64,000 nucleotides of DNA from Zygnema circumcarinatum SAG 698-1b (GCA_037447605.1 CM074810.1:2824880-2888879), one strand, 5' to 3'; positions 10,501 through 24,300 are shown, numbered from the stretch's first letter. The notes: a model not told the origin generated them from the sequence alone. Translations and numbers: made by a program.

Positions 10501-12912
10501 TCCCATCACGAGGGTCTCCATTTGCATGTGACAAAAAAAATCACAGCAACCTCCATCTAACTCCACCTACTTGCCTCCTAAATATTTTCACCTTAAAAGG
10601 TAAATTTCAAACAAGATTTTGTGGTCTAAAAGAACTGCACCTTGTCTTCCAAGGCAGTTGTACGCCACTTCTCCTTTCGAGATCCACCAGCTTCTCTTGC
10701 CTCCTTTTGAGATCAACAACTCGGCTCGTCCTCCAAAAATCTCTATCCCATGTTGTTGAGTAAACCAGGCGTGCACTCCCAGCAAACTCTTTAGACACAG
10801 ATCAGGTCCACGTCTGGACACACTTGAGCCACCATGCTGACATCTCCTTGGATCCGAATGATCCCTCACTCCTGCAAGTTCGTTAGCAATGTGATCTCCT
10901 GAGAACTTCCATCTAACTCTTGGCTTCTTCATGTCAACTTGGAGTGCAATCCTCCTTGTTCGACTTCAGCCTTGCCCCTCCTTGAATGGTTGGTTGTCAA
11001 TGTCTCTTGACTCTATCCATTCTACTCCTTTGCTCCATCTACTCCTCCTTGAAGTAGACTCCTTGTAGAAAGTTGCGACCTTCCTACCTCTGAATTGATC
11101 TCCTCCATCACTCCTTGGGGAATTCCCTCAACTCCTCCTTAGTGGTCCATCACTAACAACTTAGTGGCTATCAATTCCACTAGCTCTATCCACTAGACTA
11201 GTCAAGATTTCAGCAATGGTTCCTTGGGCAACTTACTCCCTAGATTCTAGATCTTGGGCCTCCTTTACTCCAAAAACGCATCTGAAGTAAACTATTTCCT
11301 CACGTGACACTCCTTGCCACTCTCCAGCTCTCCTAGTCTCTCCCACAGCCTATGTGAAGATTCTAGTTCATTAGTCTCTAACTTGCAAGCTAGTCTCTAA
11401 TCCCAAGAGCGTGCAGGAAGGGTCGTCCCTTCCATGTACCATGGCAATCTCGATATGGCACTGGAGCCTCCTCCACTTCTCAAAGTGCTGACAAGTCCTC
11501 CCCTCGAATCCTTTGATGAAGCAACTTTGCCTTCGACATATCCGAGCATACAAGCTTCCAAAAGGTTAATCCAACCTTGCTTGTGCGTCTCTCACGCTGC
11601 CTCCTCCAACTCTGATGAGTTGGGTCGCCTCAAGTGTGTGCACATCATCAATGCACCATCTCCACGCGCCAAACGTTGACTCCCTTGAGCCAAGTCTCTC
11701 ACAACAGCGCCAATTCCAATGCCGTTAAACTAGCCTCCTTTCGCACTCTGTCCATTGAGCTGTCAAGACTAGAACTCCAAACGCATCTTCTCCTTCCTGT
11801 AGCTCCTCCAAGCTGAGTCTTTTAAACAACTTGCTTGCTACAAACGAAACCATCAACATGGCTAAGAGTTTGACCATGGCTATCCTCTTGAGTACCTTTC
11901 AGCCAACCATTAGGCTCCCCCAAAGAACTATTCCTTTAGCTCTTTCTTTAGTCAAGGATCTATCCCTTTGGAACCCATACTATCAAGGAACTAAACCCCT
12001 TCACTTTAGTATGCTCCAAGACCCTCACTCTAACTTGGTACTCCTCAGGATTTCAACCATAAGATCTAGGACTGAACCTTAAGCACCAGATGCTCCAAGA
12101 CTTCAACCATAAGCTCTGATACCACTTGTGAGAGGGGCAGAGGGATGAGAAGCAAATTCACCTTCCACCCTTTCTCCCTCTTCACTGTCCATGGAAACTT
12201 CCCTCTTGGTGCCCGCAGCACTCTCACTCATTTTTCACTCACNNNNNNNNNNCTTTATGATGACAAGCTTTCCAACTCAAGCCCCCATAAGCCTAGTCAA
12301 GCTTTCACCACATGATCACTTCACCTTCACGTGAGGCAGCTCTCCACACACGGAGACTCCTCACAAAGGTCCACCTCCTGTTGCCAAAGCCATGCCTTCA
12401 AACTGCCATAGCCTTGCAATGCATATCAAGAAGGTTTGTATCTTACACACCTACTCCTCAATATATAGTATGAGGCTGTGACGTGACAATGTCACGTCAC
12501 ATACGCCGGGACCATGCATGCGACAANNNNNNNNNNCTGCGATTTGCGTGCTGTCGCGACCAATCATGTCGCTTCACGCAAATCCGCCTCTCGCGTCCAA
12601 AATCACTGAGTCCGTACATTTCCGCTTCGTCCGTACAGTCGCGCGCCGTCCGTACGGCCGCGCTCCATTCAATCAAGGCGCATCCCGCGCACCCCCTTTG
12701 GTACGGTCTAAGCCTAAGCCTTAACCCTAAGACTCTAGACCTTCCCTAGACCTATCGTACCATGCCCTAACGATACGGGCACCCCCCATGTTCGGTCCTA
12801 CACCAAACATGACCATCCATGCATGACATTGTCCCAACAAAACATTGTTCTCATGGACAACACTCATGCGAGGAACTAAGTACCAACAACCTGATGTACC
12901 TATACATCAACA
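7506..12912 (-). mobile_element. Non-autonomous Copia derivative (element C): 5' LTR 12127-12912, PBS 12113-12124, degenerate gag-like interior, PPT 8901-8911, 3' LTR 7506-8900
   Basis: Matching LTRs with TG...CA ends, perfect TSD CGTTC at 7501-7505 and 12913-12917, PBS and PPT in the expected places. The interior has no long ORF but retains a gag-like MLGYVEGKV remnant near 11520-11560. Confidence 0.9.
9841..9940. repeat. Three imperfect tandem copies (about 39 bp) of agccgcgccttcaagcgctccttgc inside element C
   Basis: Direct repeats starting at 9841, 9879 and 9917; they read KERLKARL-like on the minus strand. Confidence 0.7.
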
Positions 12913-12927
12913 CGTTCATATACTCAT

Positions 12928-13860
12928 AGGGGGGAGTAATGTAGCGTAACGCTACAGCGTGACCCTGGGAGGCGTATAGATAGTACTTATTGTGCATACC
13001 TCCTCGTCCTGGCACCTACCCAAGGGGTAAGGTCTTTAGGATACTATGTTGACCGCTAAGAGGTCCTCGGCTCGAACCGCCAAAGGTTCGGCAGCTGTAC
13101 CGTCCGCACCCCGGGTCAACTAAGATTGTTGATTCCGAGGGTTGTACGGACCTACGCGGGAGATCCTGTGGGACCCCGCGTCCCTCTTTTTGGATCGTAC
13201 TGGTCGACCGTTGTTAGTGTATGATAGTTAGCATGTTTTGTTTGAACATTAGTTTTGTGTGTTTGTGTTGTGTGTTTCCTTGGCGGCGGTGCGCGCCTAA
13301 GTTAGTAGGCGGCGGTACGGACATTTGGTCGGTGGAAGAGGCGCGGCGCGGCGGAGTCAAAAGTGACGTGGCGCGGACGCGGCCGCGGAGCGAATTGAAG
13401 ATGTGGCGCGACGCGCGAATCTNNNNNNNNNNGTGAGAGTTTGGGAAATGTCATCATCGATTGGAACGCGAACTCCGATGGAAGGTGATGCGAGTGGAGA
13501 AGCCGCAGCAGTGGAGGAGTCCCTCCACCAACAACCGTACATCTGTACGAGCGAACCGACATACGGATCCCGCGGCCGAAGATTCGACCACGCGCCGCCG
13601 CACGCCGGCGCGCCGCGTCGCGGCGCGTCCCGCGGGATGCGGCCGTGCCTTAGACAATTGTCGTCCGTACTGTACGAACGGGCTGACAGGTCTCACTCTG
13701 TCAGATCTAGCCGTACGCCGCTGCACGACGGCGCGCCGCGTCGCGACGCGCCCCGTGGGATGCGGCGAGACCACGGGCTTGTCCTTAGCTGATAACTCGG
13801 CTAAAGATCTCCGCCATGCGGCGGGCTTTGATTGGGCAGTCCCGCTCCCGGTCCCCCATG
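12928..13860 (+). mobile_element. PPT (agggggagtaa-like) and 3' LTR (starts TGTAGCG at 12940) of the chromoviral Gypsy, interrupted by a solo LTR
   Basis: Continues the Gypsy 3' region across the element C TSD. A purine tract directly precedes TG. The right end is not defined; 14540-14656 may belong to the same LTR. Confidence 0.6.
13212..13533 (+). mobile_element. Family-A solo LTR (internal N gap)
   Basis: TGTTAG...CCAACA ends, TSD ACCGT at 13207-13211 and 13534-13538, near-identical to 18270-19246. A larger element could be hidden in the gap. Confidence 0.85.
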
Positions 13861-13869
13861 CTGGTAGGG

Positions 13870-14540
13870 GTTTCAACGAGGGGAGCATAAGAGGGCTGCG
13901 CCCGGATGGGAGACCATCCGAGCTCTTTGTACCAGCATTGAGCTCTTTCTCCTCCCTCTCTCCTTCTCTCTTTGACACTTAGACATTCAGAGCAGCCTGC
14001 CAAGGGGGGCAGGTTGTTACACAACCTCATCATGAGGTTCATCTCGGTAGCGCCGCCTCGAAAAACAGCGGCTTTGTGACCCTTCTTGCCACACTTGAAG
14101 CAAGTCCCTCGAGAAATGGACCTCTCGGTGATTTCCTCGTCACTAAAAGGCTCTTCCGAGCTCTCGGGTCGTCCCTTGTTTTGGTAGCAGTCCGTTGACA
14201 AGTGCCCAGGCTTGCCGCAAGTAAAACATGTTGGGGTGGGTCTTCGATCATTCCTCCCCTTTTTCTTAGCCTGGATAAGAAACACATTGTCTACACCTGA
14301 ACTCTCTTTTTCTAACAGTGAGTCAGCCTCTCTTATCCTCCCTTTGACTTGCTCCATGGTCATGGGCAAACTAGAAAGATGAGTCCTCAATGACTCCACT
14401 GTTCTCTCATATTTGCTTGGCAATCCTACCAGAAATTGGTGAATTTTTGCTAGGTAATGGAATCGGTTGCTTAGCCACTACACACCTCTGCATAAGGCTA
14501 TCAAATTTTACTATATAATTGGTTAATGTTTCTGTAACAG
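13870..14540 (-). pseudogene. Isolated Copia gag fragment related to element E gag
   Basis: ETLTNYIVKFDSLMQRCVVAKQPIPLP, VESLRTHLSSLPMTMEQVKGRIRE and two CCHC knuckles (CFTCGKPGHLSTDC, CFKCGKKGHKAA); frameshifted. Confidence 0.85.
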
Positions 14541-14666
14541 ACCGCGGGGCTAATCCCTCCTCGGTCGTGCGCGGAATCTCCCTCAGCCTGCACTCAGCGT
14601 CTGAATCAAGAAAACGAGTGAGAGAGAGAGAGAGCTTCAGAGGGTGGCGCAGCCCNNNNNNNNNNG

Positions 14667-17600
14667 AGAAGGGAGGAAACGCGACTTCATCCGGCAAGAA
14701 GGAGAAGAAGGCGTTCAGCGGCACTTGTTTCAAGTGCAAGAAGAGAGGTCACAAGAGTTCAGACTGCAAGGTAGCAGTTGAGAGCAACCTCATGCTGGCT
14801 GAGAATACTGAGCACGATTTTGTGGGAAGGATTCAGGCAGAGGACCTGAAGCGGCCGTGGCTGATTGACTCCGGCGCATCCACACATATGTGCGGGGACA
14901 CATCGATGTTCTCCAAGCTCGACACCTTGGAGCAGACTCGCTCAGTTCATTCAGCAACCGGTGAAGGAGTCACCGTGACGAGAGGTGGAGCCGTGAGGAT
15001 GGTCCTCGGAGACGGCTCAGTCATCAATGAAGACGATGTTCAGGAGAAACTGCACATTGGTGATGTTCTTCACACCCCTGGCCTCATGCAGAATTTCATG
15101 TCTGTGAGCCAAGTGTGCAAGAAGGGATACAGTGTTCTGTTTGAGGAGAAGTCATGCGTGGCTATCCACTCAGAAACTGGGAGACAGCTGTTCAGGGGTT
15201 ATGAGAGAGGAGGGCTGTATTATCTTGATTATAAGAGGGAGAATCATGAGGAGGTGAATGCAGTTTCAGAGAATGCCGTAGATGTATGGCATCGTAGACT
15301 TGGTCACTTACACCACAGAGGCATGAAGCTGTTGGCTGAGAGGGGGCTAGTCCGTGGGCTAGACCCGGGTGTAGTGGAGAAGGAGTTGGGGGTTTGCCGA
15401 GAATGTGTGGAGGGCAAGGCGCACAGGAGACCATTTGTGAGGAGTGGAGACGAGTCCTATCGAGCGCGAGAGAAGTTGGAATTGGTACATTCTGACTTGT
15501 GTGGCCCGGTTACACCGGCGACCAGTGGCGGAGCGAGGTACTTCGTCACCTTCCTTGACGACTATTCGAGGAAGATTTGGATCACACTCCTGAAGAACAA
15601 GTCAGAGGCTTTCGGAGCCTTTCGAGACTGGCTGAACCAGGCGGAGACAGAGACGGGACTGAAGCTGAAGGCTTTCCGTTCGGACAATGGTGGCGAGTTC
15701 AAATCGAAGGAATTCGCAGCGTTTCTGAAGAACCGCGGTATAAGGCATGAATTCTCAGCCCCCTATTCCCCACAGAGTAATGGAGCAGCTGAACGTGTGA
15801 ATAGGACATTGGGGGACATGGCCAGGACCATGTTGATTGATTCCCCCTTTCCGGCTTCCTTTTGGGGAGAAGCAGTTTCTACGGCTGCTTACATTAGGAA
15901 CAGATGTCCGCCTGGCTCGAAAAGACCAGGTCCTCGAAAGCAGAGATGTGGATGGGAGGAAGCCCACAGCTTCCACCCGAGATCTTACGCAAGGAGCGTT
16001 GGGCTGGCCGTAATCGCCTAAGGCTGCATAAGAAGAAATTCGACCGAGCCGAGTGGCTACGTGTTCGGCTACAACACCCTCAGCCGCACCTACAGGGTTT
16101 GGAACCCTCGACTGAAGGAAGTTCTCCAGACGAGAGACATTACAGTTGATGAAGATAGTGTGGTTGAGCGTGTTGCAGACTCTCAGATCTTACCTCCGTC
16201 GAAGACCGACCTCGAGATCGTGTACGAGGAGGGAGAAACAGTTGGAGAGAAGGGTGGTGCTGTGCAGGGTGCCAGCACGTCGGCAAATGAAGGAGCCGAG
16301 CCAGCGGCAGCGACAAGTGAGCCGGCTGATGATGGAGAGACGCCCGTGGAGGCGCATGCGGAGGAGCCGCACAGTTCAGCGGAGACGATTCCCCTTCACA
16401 CTCACTCCAGTGGTGAAGAGGAGAACTCAGTGGAGACGGTCCCGCTTCACGCGCAAGATTCAGAGGATCTTGAAGCGGCCGAGAGGGAGGCAATGTTAGC
16501 GAACATGCCCCCAGGTTTTGTTCCTGGACTCTACTTCTACCCGAGAGGACGAAGTGCGAAGACAGTCCGGAGGAGCGGCCGAGACACGAGGCGACCAGAT
16601 CGGTTTTCGCCTGGTACCAATCTGATCCAAGAGAGAGTGCCATCAGATTCAGCTGACCTTGTGGGAGTTGCCCACTGTTTCATGATTACCGAGCCACAGA
16701 CCTTTGAGGAGGCGCACGACGGAGTCGATGGCGATAAGTGGCGGGTTGCGATTGATAGCGAATGGGACAGCCTGATCGAGAACGGCACGTGGAGATTGGA
16801 AGAGCTGCCTCAAGGGAGGCGAGCTATCGGCTGCAAGTGGGTCTTCAAAGTGAAGAGGAAGGCAGACGGAAGCGTGGATAGGTACAAGGCGCGGTTAGTG
16901 GCGAAAGGATACGGCCAGCAGTATGGGATTGACTACATGGAGACGTGCCTCGCCCGAAGGGTCGTTCACCCTTGAGAGCCTTGATTTTACCGCGCAATGG
17001 GCCGGAAGGAATGCAATCAGCCCATCAATTGACATCAAGACGCATTGCATGGTGATCCCCACGGAAGAGATTTTTACATGGATCAGCCGGAGGGGAAGGT
17101 CGTCCCTCGGGAAGGAGCACCTAGTCTGTCGACTGGTGAAGAGCCTGTACGGCTTGAAGCAGGCGCCGAGAGTGTGGTACGAAAAGATTGACGATCTTTT
17201 GAGGAGGAATGACTTTGCTCGGTTTGAGACAGATCATTCAGTGTACCGTCAAGGAGAGGGGGCAGACATCATGTTCGTTGGGATCTATGTCGACGATCTC
17301 ATCATGGTGAGCCTCCCTTGAAAGAACGTAGATCTCTTGAAGGAATTCGTCGCAAATTCCCTTCAAAATGTCGACCGGAGAGGGCGCAGTATCTGCCGGA
17401 ATGCACCAAGAGGGGCAGTGGATGGAAGCTTGTTTCTATGTCAAAGGAAGTATGCTTCAGATGTGCTTGCCCGATTTCGAATGGAGGATGCTAGGCCGTG
17501 TTCCAGCCCCATGGAGATCGGCACTAGGCTTTCGAAGGAGATGTCACCTTCGTCGGATGCGGAGGCACAAAAGATGTTCGGAGTGCCATACAGATCCGCG

Positions 17601-19246
17601 ATTGGGAGTCTAATGTACTTGATGATCGGAACGCGTCCGGACTTGGCGAAAGCGGTGAGCTCGGCCAGCCGATTCATGGAGAATCCGGGCCTCGAGCATT
17701 GGGAGGCAGTGAAGAGGATTTTCAGATATGTGAAGGGGACGCTCGATTATGGAATCAGGTATGAGAGGGGGCCAACCAGAGTGATTGGCTATACAGACTC
17801 AGATTGGGGAGGAGATGTCGATACGTCACGCTCGACTTCGGGTTTCGTTTACCTGAATGGAGGAGGAGCGATTTCGTGGAGTTCCAAGTTGCAGGACTCG
17901 GTGGCGTTATCGAGCACGGAGGGCGAGTACATGGGTGCTTGTCATGCTTCGAAGGAAGGAGTGTGCTTCATGCAGTTCTTTGAAGAATGCAAGAGGGACC
18001 AACGACCGATTACCTTGTTTACCGACAATCAATCGTCGATTGCCCTGGTGGGAAACCCTGTGTTCCACAAGAGGACCAAGCACATTCGGGTGCAGTACCA
18101 TTATGTACGGGAGTTGGTCGAGGAGGGCTTGATTGAGGTGAAGTTCGTAGGCACCAAGGAGCAGGCCGCAGATATGCTAACAAAGGGAGTTAGTGGGGAA
18201 ACACTATTAGTCAACGGAGGTTGATTGGGCTGGGGCCCGCGCAAAACTAGAAGTTCCAAAGAGGGGGATTGTTAGTGTATGATAGTTAGCATGTTTTGTT
18301 GGAACATTAGTTTTGTGTGTTTGTGTTGTGTGTTTCCTTGGCGGCGGTGCGCGCCTAAGTTAGTAGGCGGCGGTACGGACATTTGGTCGGTGGAAGAGGC
18401 GCGGCGCGGCGGAGTCAAAAGTGACGTGGCGCCGGACGCCAGCGAGCGAATCAAGATGGCGCGACGCTACGACCAAGGGCTGGCCAGCCGACCTGGTGAC
18501 GCTGCCGCACACAACCTTGATTGAACGATTCTGACTTGACGCCGATGCTATTGGCCAAAATGTCGGGCGCTGGCGATTCATCATCAGACGCGAGCGGCCG
18601 ATGTCGGTGGAAGCGCGCGACGACGCTGAGTTTGACGCGCCACGTACCCCGGAGCGGGGTCGACCCCTACTACAAGACGGATTACCTAGAGGCCGAGCTC
18701 CGATCCGACGGAGGAAACGTGCACGGATCCGTGTGAGCCGACGAGGATCAGACGGCGCAGGATTAGGATCGGGATAGGGCCCTTGCGGGCCGCTAGCCGA
18801 TGTTGTGAGCTTCGTTGTATGGTAGTGTCACGGATGTTGTGACATAGTATATAGTGTGTTGTTTTGTTTTGGTTGTTATCTTAACTTCTGGATCACCAGC
18901 GTAGCTATTGTAGACTCTGAGAAGCTGTTGCTCGTGTTGCTTAACACTACACTTGCTTGTGCTGCGAGGTAGTGGGCTTTTGAGTTTATTGGGCTAGTTG
19001 AGAGGGGGTCTCTCAATTGTGGTGTTAAGATCATTATTAAGGAGTTTTAGAGCCGAGAGCTTTCTCCTATCCTTTTCTCTCTGTTATTCCGCTGTGCATA
19101 TTCTGAGAGGTTCACTCTGTGAGTAAAATGGGCTATGAGTGAATGTGAGAGTTTGGGAAATGTCATCATCGATTGGAACGCGAACTCCGATGGAAGGTGA
19201 TGCGAGTGGAGAAGCCGGCAGCAGTGGAGGAGTCCCTCCACCAACA
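14667..19246 (+). mobile_element. Family-A Ty1/Copia element F: gag end, protease, integrase, RT and RNase H (frameshifted), PPT about 18258-18269, 3' LTR 18270-19246
   Basis: CFKCKKRGHKSSDC, WLIDSGASTHM, WHRRLGH, VHSDLCGP, RSDNGGEF, PQSNGAAER, CKWVFKVK...YKARLVAKG, KSLYGLKQAPR, IYVDDL, TRPDLA, GYTDSDW, TDNQSSI and ADMLTKG in Copia order (IN before RT). The 5' end is lost at the gap. Confidence 0.95.
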
Positions 19247-21379
19247 ACTAGCACTATGCACTAAGCAAACTAAATACTAGCCGCTGAAGCACCTCCACGT
19301 TCCACCGCGTGCCACCGCGTTCCACCTCCATGTCGTCGAGGTCGCTCCGCGCCTTCTGGAGTTCGCTCCGCGCCGCGCGGGAGCTCAGCTCGAGAGGCCG
19401 CCATGGGGAGGGGAGTGTCCGTACCGAAACTCCCCTCCGAAAAGCTCCTCCGTCGCTCCGAAGCTTCCGCGCTCCTTCGCGCCTCCAATAATCTGTACTA
19501 AGCTAACTCATAGCCGCGCGACCTACCGTCGCGCGCCACGTGTCTACACAACACTTATAAAACTAAGCGGACTCCATTGGTGGCGCGGCCTATCGCCGCC
19601 CGCCACGTGTCCTATTCAAACCCGAACGTCTTCCGACTCAGAACAGCGCTCTACCGCACTGTTCAGACTGTGACCGTATCTACCAAGGACCGCCGACACT
19701 AGCTAAGGACCGTAAAGTGTACTACGCTGTCCTATACCCCTATTGTACACTACATTCCCCCTCTCGGTCCGCTAGCCACTAAATGGTCCGACGCCAATCA
19801 GTACGGAATTCTTCCATACCGTTTCCCCGTTGGCCCCCTTGGTCATCATGTCGGCCGCTTGTTCTTTTGTGCCGACAAATCCAATGGTCAGCAGTCCGTC
19901 TTCGACCTGCTCCCTAACGTAAAGGTACTGGAGCCTGATATGCTTTGATCTCTTGTGAAATATTGGATTCTCTATCAAAGCAATCGACAACTGGTNNNNN
20001 NNNNNGTACGGGATCCGTGTGAGCCGACGAGGATCAGACGGCGCAGGATTAGGATCGGGATAGGGCCCTTGCGGGCCGCTAGCCGATGTTGTGAGCTTCG
20101 TTGTATGGTAGTGTCACGGATGTTGTGACATAGTATATAGTGTGTTGTTTTGTTTTGGTTGTTATCTTAACTTCTGGATCACCAGCGTAGCTATTGTAGA
20201 CTCTGAGAAGCTGTTGCTCGTGTTGCTTAACACTACACTTGCTTGTGCTGCGAGGTAGTGGGCTTTTGAGTTTATTGGGCTAGTTGAGAGGGGGTCTCTC
20301 AATTGTGGTGTTAAGATCATTATTAAGGAGTTTTAGAGCCGAGAGCTTTCTCCTATCCTTTTCTCTCTGTTATTCCGCTGTGCATATTCTGAGAGGTTCA
20401 CTCTGTGAGTAAAATGGGCTATGAGTGAATGTGAGAGTTTGGGAAATGTCATCATCGATTGGAACGCGAACTCCGATGGAAGGTGATGCGAGTGGAGAAG
20501 CCGGCAGCAGTGGAGGAGTCCCTCCACCAACAACTAGCACTATGCACTAAGCAAACTAAATACTAGCCGCTGAAGCACCTCCACGTTCCACCGCGTGCCA
20601 CCGCGTTCCACCTCCATGTCGTCGAGGTCGCTCCGCGCCTTCTGGAGTTCGCTCCGCGCCGCGCGGGAGCTCAGCTCGAGAGGCCGCCATGGGGAGGGGA
20701 GTGTCCGTACCGAAACTCCCCTCCGAAAAGCTCCTCCGTCGCTCCGAAGCTTCCGCGCTCCTTCGCGCCTCCAATAATCTGTACTAAGCTAACTCATAGC
20801 CGCGCGACCTACCGTCGCGCGCCACGTGTCTACACAACACTTATAAAACTAAGCGGACTCCATTGGTGGCGCGGCCTATCGCCGCCCGCCACGTGTCCTA
20901 TTCAAACCCGAACGTCTTCCGACTCAGAACAGCGCTCTACCGCACTGTTCAGACTGTGACCGTATCTACCAAGGACCGCCGACACTAGCTAAGGACCGTA
21001 AAGTGTACTACGCTGTCCTATACCCCTATTGTACACTACATTCCCCCTCTCGGTCCGCTAGCCACTAAATGGTCCGACGCCAATCAGTACGGAATTCTTC
21101 CATACCGTTTCCCCGTTGGCCCCCTTGGTCATCATGTCGGCCGCTTGTTCTTTTGTGCCGACAAATCCAATGGTCAGCAGTCCGTCTTCGACCTGCTCCC
21201 TAACGTAAAGGTACTGGAGCCTGATATGCTTTGATCTCTTGTGAAATATTGGATTCTCTATCAAAGCAATCGACAACTGGTTATCGGTGAGGAGATGTAC
21301 CGGATACTGAGGGCGCTGGCACTCATCGAAAAAGTTCTGAAGCCAGATTCCCTCCTTGGACGCGTGGCAGGCCGCGATG

Positions 21380-24300
21380 TGTTGGTGCAGCGGCCTCCGT
21401 GCGAGGTGCTGCCACTTCTCCTCTGCCCTCCGTAGAGCTCGACATCTTCAATGACTTGATCAACCACACTCCTCAAAGATGTAGACACACACACAAGACT
21501 GAATGCAGTAGAACAGATCAGCGGAAATAAGAAGATGTAAGGAGAAAGCCTCCAGCCTAAAACTCCTTAATATAAAGATGAATACAACTTGACAACTCTA
21601 GAGCCAAGCTTCAAGCACCTAAACTCAAGCTACGTGATTACACTGTTGATGTATAGGTACATCAAGGTGTTGGTACTTAGTTCCTAGCATGGATGTTGTC
21701 CAAGAGATCATGTGTTGATGTAGGGGCAATGTCATGCATGAATGGTCATGTTTGGTGTTGGACCAAACATGGGGGGATGCCCAAAATGTTAGGGCAATGT
21801 ACGGAAGGTCTAGGGAAGCTCTAGGGTCGTAGATTTACGGCTTAGGCTGAGACCGTACCAAAGGGGGTGCGCTGGATGCGCATTAATTGGTCTGGAGCGC
21901 GACTGTACGGACTGCGCGCGACTGTACGGACGACGCGGAAATGTACGGACGCGGAGGTCGTTTGGCGCGAAAGGCGGATCTGCACTAAGCGACATGATTG
22001 GTCGCGCCAGAGTGCAGATCGCGACGCAATCTCCTTGCGGGACATTTCGCATGATTAGGTATGTCCTTTCGAAGTACGGGTTTTGGTCGGTGCTGAGGCA
22101 CATCGCATTGGAGTCAGAAGTGACGTGGCGCGACGCGGCAGATTCGAAAGTGACAAGGCGCGACATCAGAATGTCGGCGCAGTGAATCAAGAGTGAGGAG
22201 GCGCTGCATCAGCAGTGTCTCATGTGGAGGACAGTGGCGAATCGGAAGGCGCCACGTGTCAGATTCGNNNNNNNNNNNNNNNNNNNNNNNNNNNNNNNNN
22301 NNNNNNNNNNNNNNNNNNNNNNNNNNNNNNNNNNNNNNNNNNNNNNNNNNNNNNNNNNNNNNNNNNNTGAAAGACCATCTATTGGAAGAGGTGGCCCGGG
22401 GGAGAGTGCAATGGCTGTTGCATTCACGGTGGAGTCAATTCAAGGGAATTGATGTGCAAGCGGCAAGGTATGCCTACTTAGTTGTTACTAAGCTTAGGGT
22501 GCCATGTTAGTATAGCTTGCAAGGAACTTACGTACCAAGAGGGGGATTGTTGATGTATAGGTACATCAAGGTGTTGGTACTTAGTTCCTAGCATGGATGT
22601 TGTCCAAGAGATCATGTGTTGATGTAGGGGCAATGTCATGCATGAATGGTCATGTTTGGTGTTGGACCAAACATGGGGGGATGCCCAAAATGTTAGGGCA
22701 ATGTACGGAAGGTCTAGGGAAGCTCTAGAATTAGGTAGATTTACGGCAGGCTGGGGCCGTACCAAAGAGGCCGGCCGGATGCGCGTGGTGGTCTGGGCCC
22801 AGCGGCATACGGACTCTTGGCGGCCCCATGCGGGCAACCTTGAGATATGCGGTGCTGGAGGTCGTTGCAGCGACGAGATCTGCACTAGCGACATGATTGA
22901 AAATTACCTTGATCTTGGTCAGCAGCGCGAAATCTCCTTCGCGGGACATTCATGATTAGGTATGTCCTTTTCAGTCACGGGTTTTGGTGGTCTTTGGGCA
23001 CATACTTGTGGAGTCAAGTGGCGTGGTAGCGGCAGCGGCGGTCCCGAAAGTGACAAAGTAGCGACATGAAGACTCTTCGACACTTGATGAATCAAGAGTG
23101 AGGCTATTTGCATCAGCGGTGTCTCATGTGGAAGACGATGCTTGAGTCGGAAGCGCCCGCGTGTCGGATGAGGGGTAGGCACGTAGAGCCTAGGTGGAGG
23201 TGGCGACCATAGGCTTCACGGGGTCCCACATGCAGCTGAGTTGGTAGCGAGGGGAGTCAGATGATGCAGTGCGGAGGCGAGGATGAGATGAGGCTGAGTT
23301 GGATCCGGCGGTGAGGCTGGATCGTGTGAGCCAAGGAGGATCCGGCGAACACGATTGGAATCAGAGATATGAGCGCCTGCTGCATGGAGTAGCCGTGACA
23401 TGGCGGTCACGTGACAAAACGCCATGAGTATATGAGAGCAACGGCTTCCCTGCCTCACTCCTCACTCTGAGCGTTATCTTTGCTCAACGCCGTGTTAGGA
23501 AGAGTAGCGGAGGCCTTGAGGTCGGCCTTGTGTAGGGGTCGTGAAGAACTATCTCTATCATGGTTAACTCTAGTGAAAGAGTTAGAGATGTGTCCCTCTC
23601 GTGTTGAGGTAGAGGAGAAGTTCCAGCAAGCATATAGTGCTTAGCTACTACAGTTGGGGTGTAAGCTATCTATCAGAGGATAGGGTAGTGCTCATGAAAG
23701 GAGGAGAATCGGGCATAAGGTTATATGTAGATTTCCTAAGAGAGCTTGTATTACACTTATGAATGTTAAGGAGTTTTAGGGCCGAGGGCTTTCTCCTTAT
23801 ACTTGTGTCATTTGTCACATGTGAATCCTTGTNNNNNNNNNNGGAGGAGCGTGGAGTTGAGGAGCCGAGACCATGGAGGAGATGAAGAAGTGTTCTTGTA
23901 GGTGGCGCGTTTTGTTTTCCGCTGTGCGCACCTGGTGAGGGGAGGAAGAGAAGGCATACTGTGGCGGATGCGGTATGTGGCCTAAGTAGAAGTGGAAGAA
24001 GTTTTAGAGTTTCACTAAAGCTTGTTTTTATCCTTCCACTAGGTCTCTCCTTCTGCCCCCTCACACCAACATACACCACCCCACTACAAGCTGAACAGTT
24101 CCCACTATCTTCTAAGCCCAAAGAAAGATAGCCTCACTGCCTACGTGAGTCCCGAGAAGGTTAACTCCTTCAAAACAGACCTCTATCATATACAACAATG
24201 GCCGTGTGACGTGACACAAGTTGTCACGTCGCGTCCGCCATTGCAAGCCCATGCACTATCTCAGTGGGCGCACTCAAGAATAGCGACCAGCTAGTGCGCC

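Noticed and set aside
18720-21281. 1286-bp direct duplication (18720-19995 and 20006-21281) including LTR junction, PPT and RNase H end
   Set aside because: The copies are essentially identical and separated only by a 10-N gap; most likely unmerged overlapping contig ends, not a real tandem duplication.
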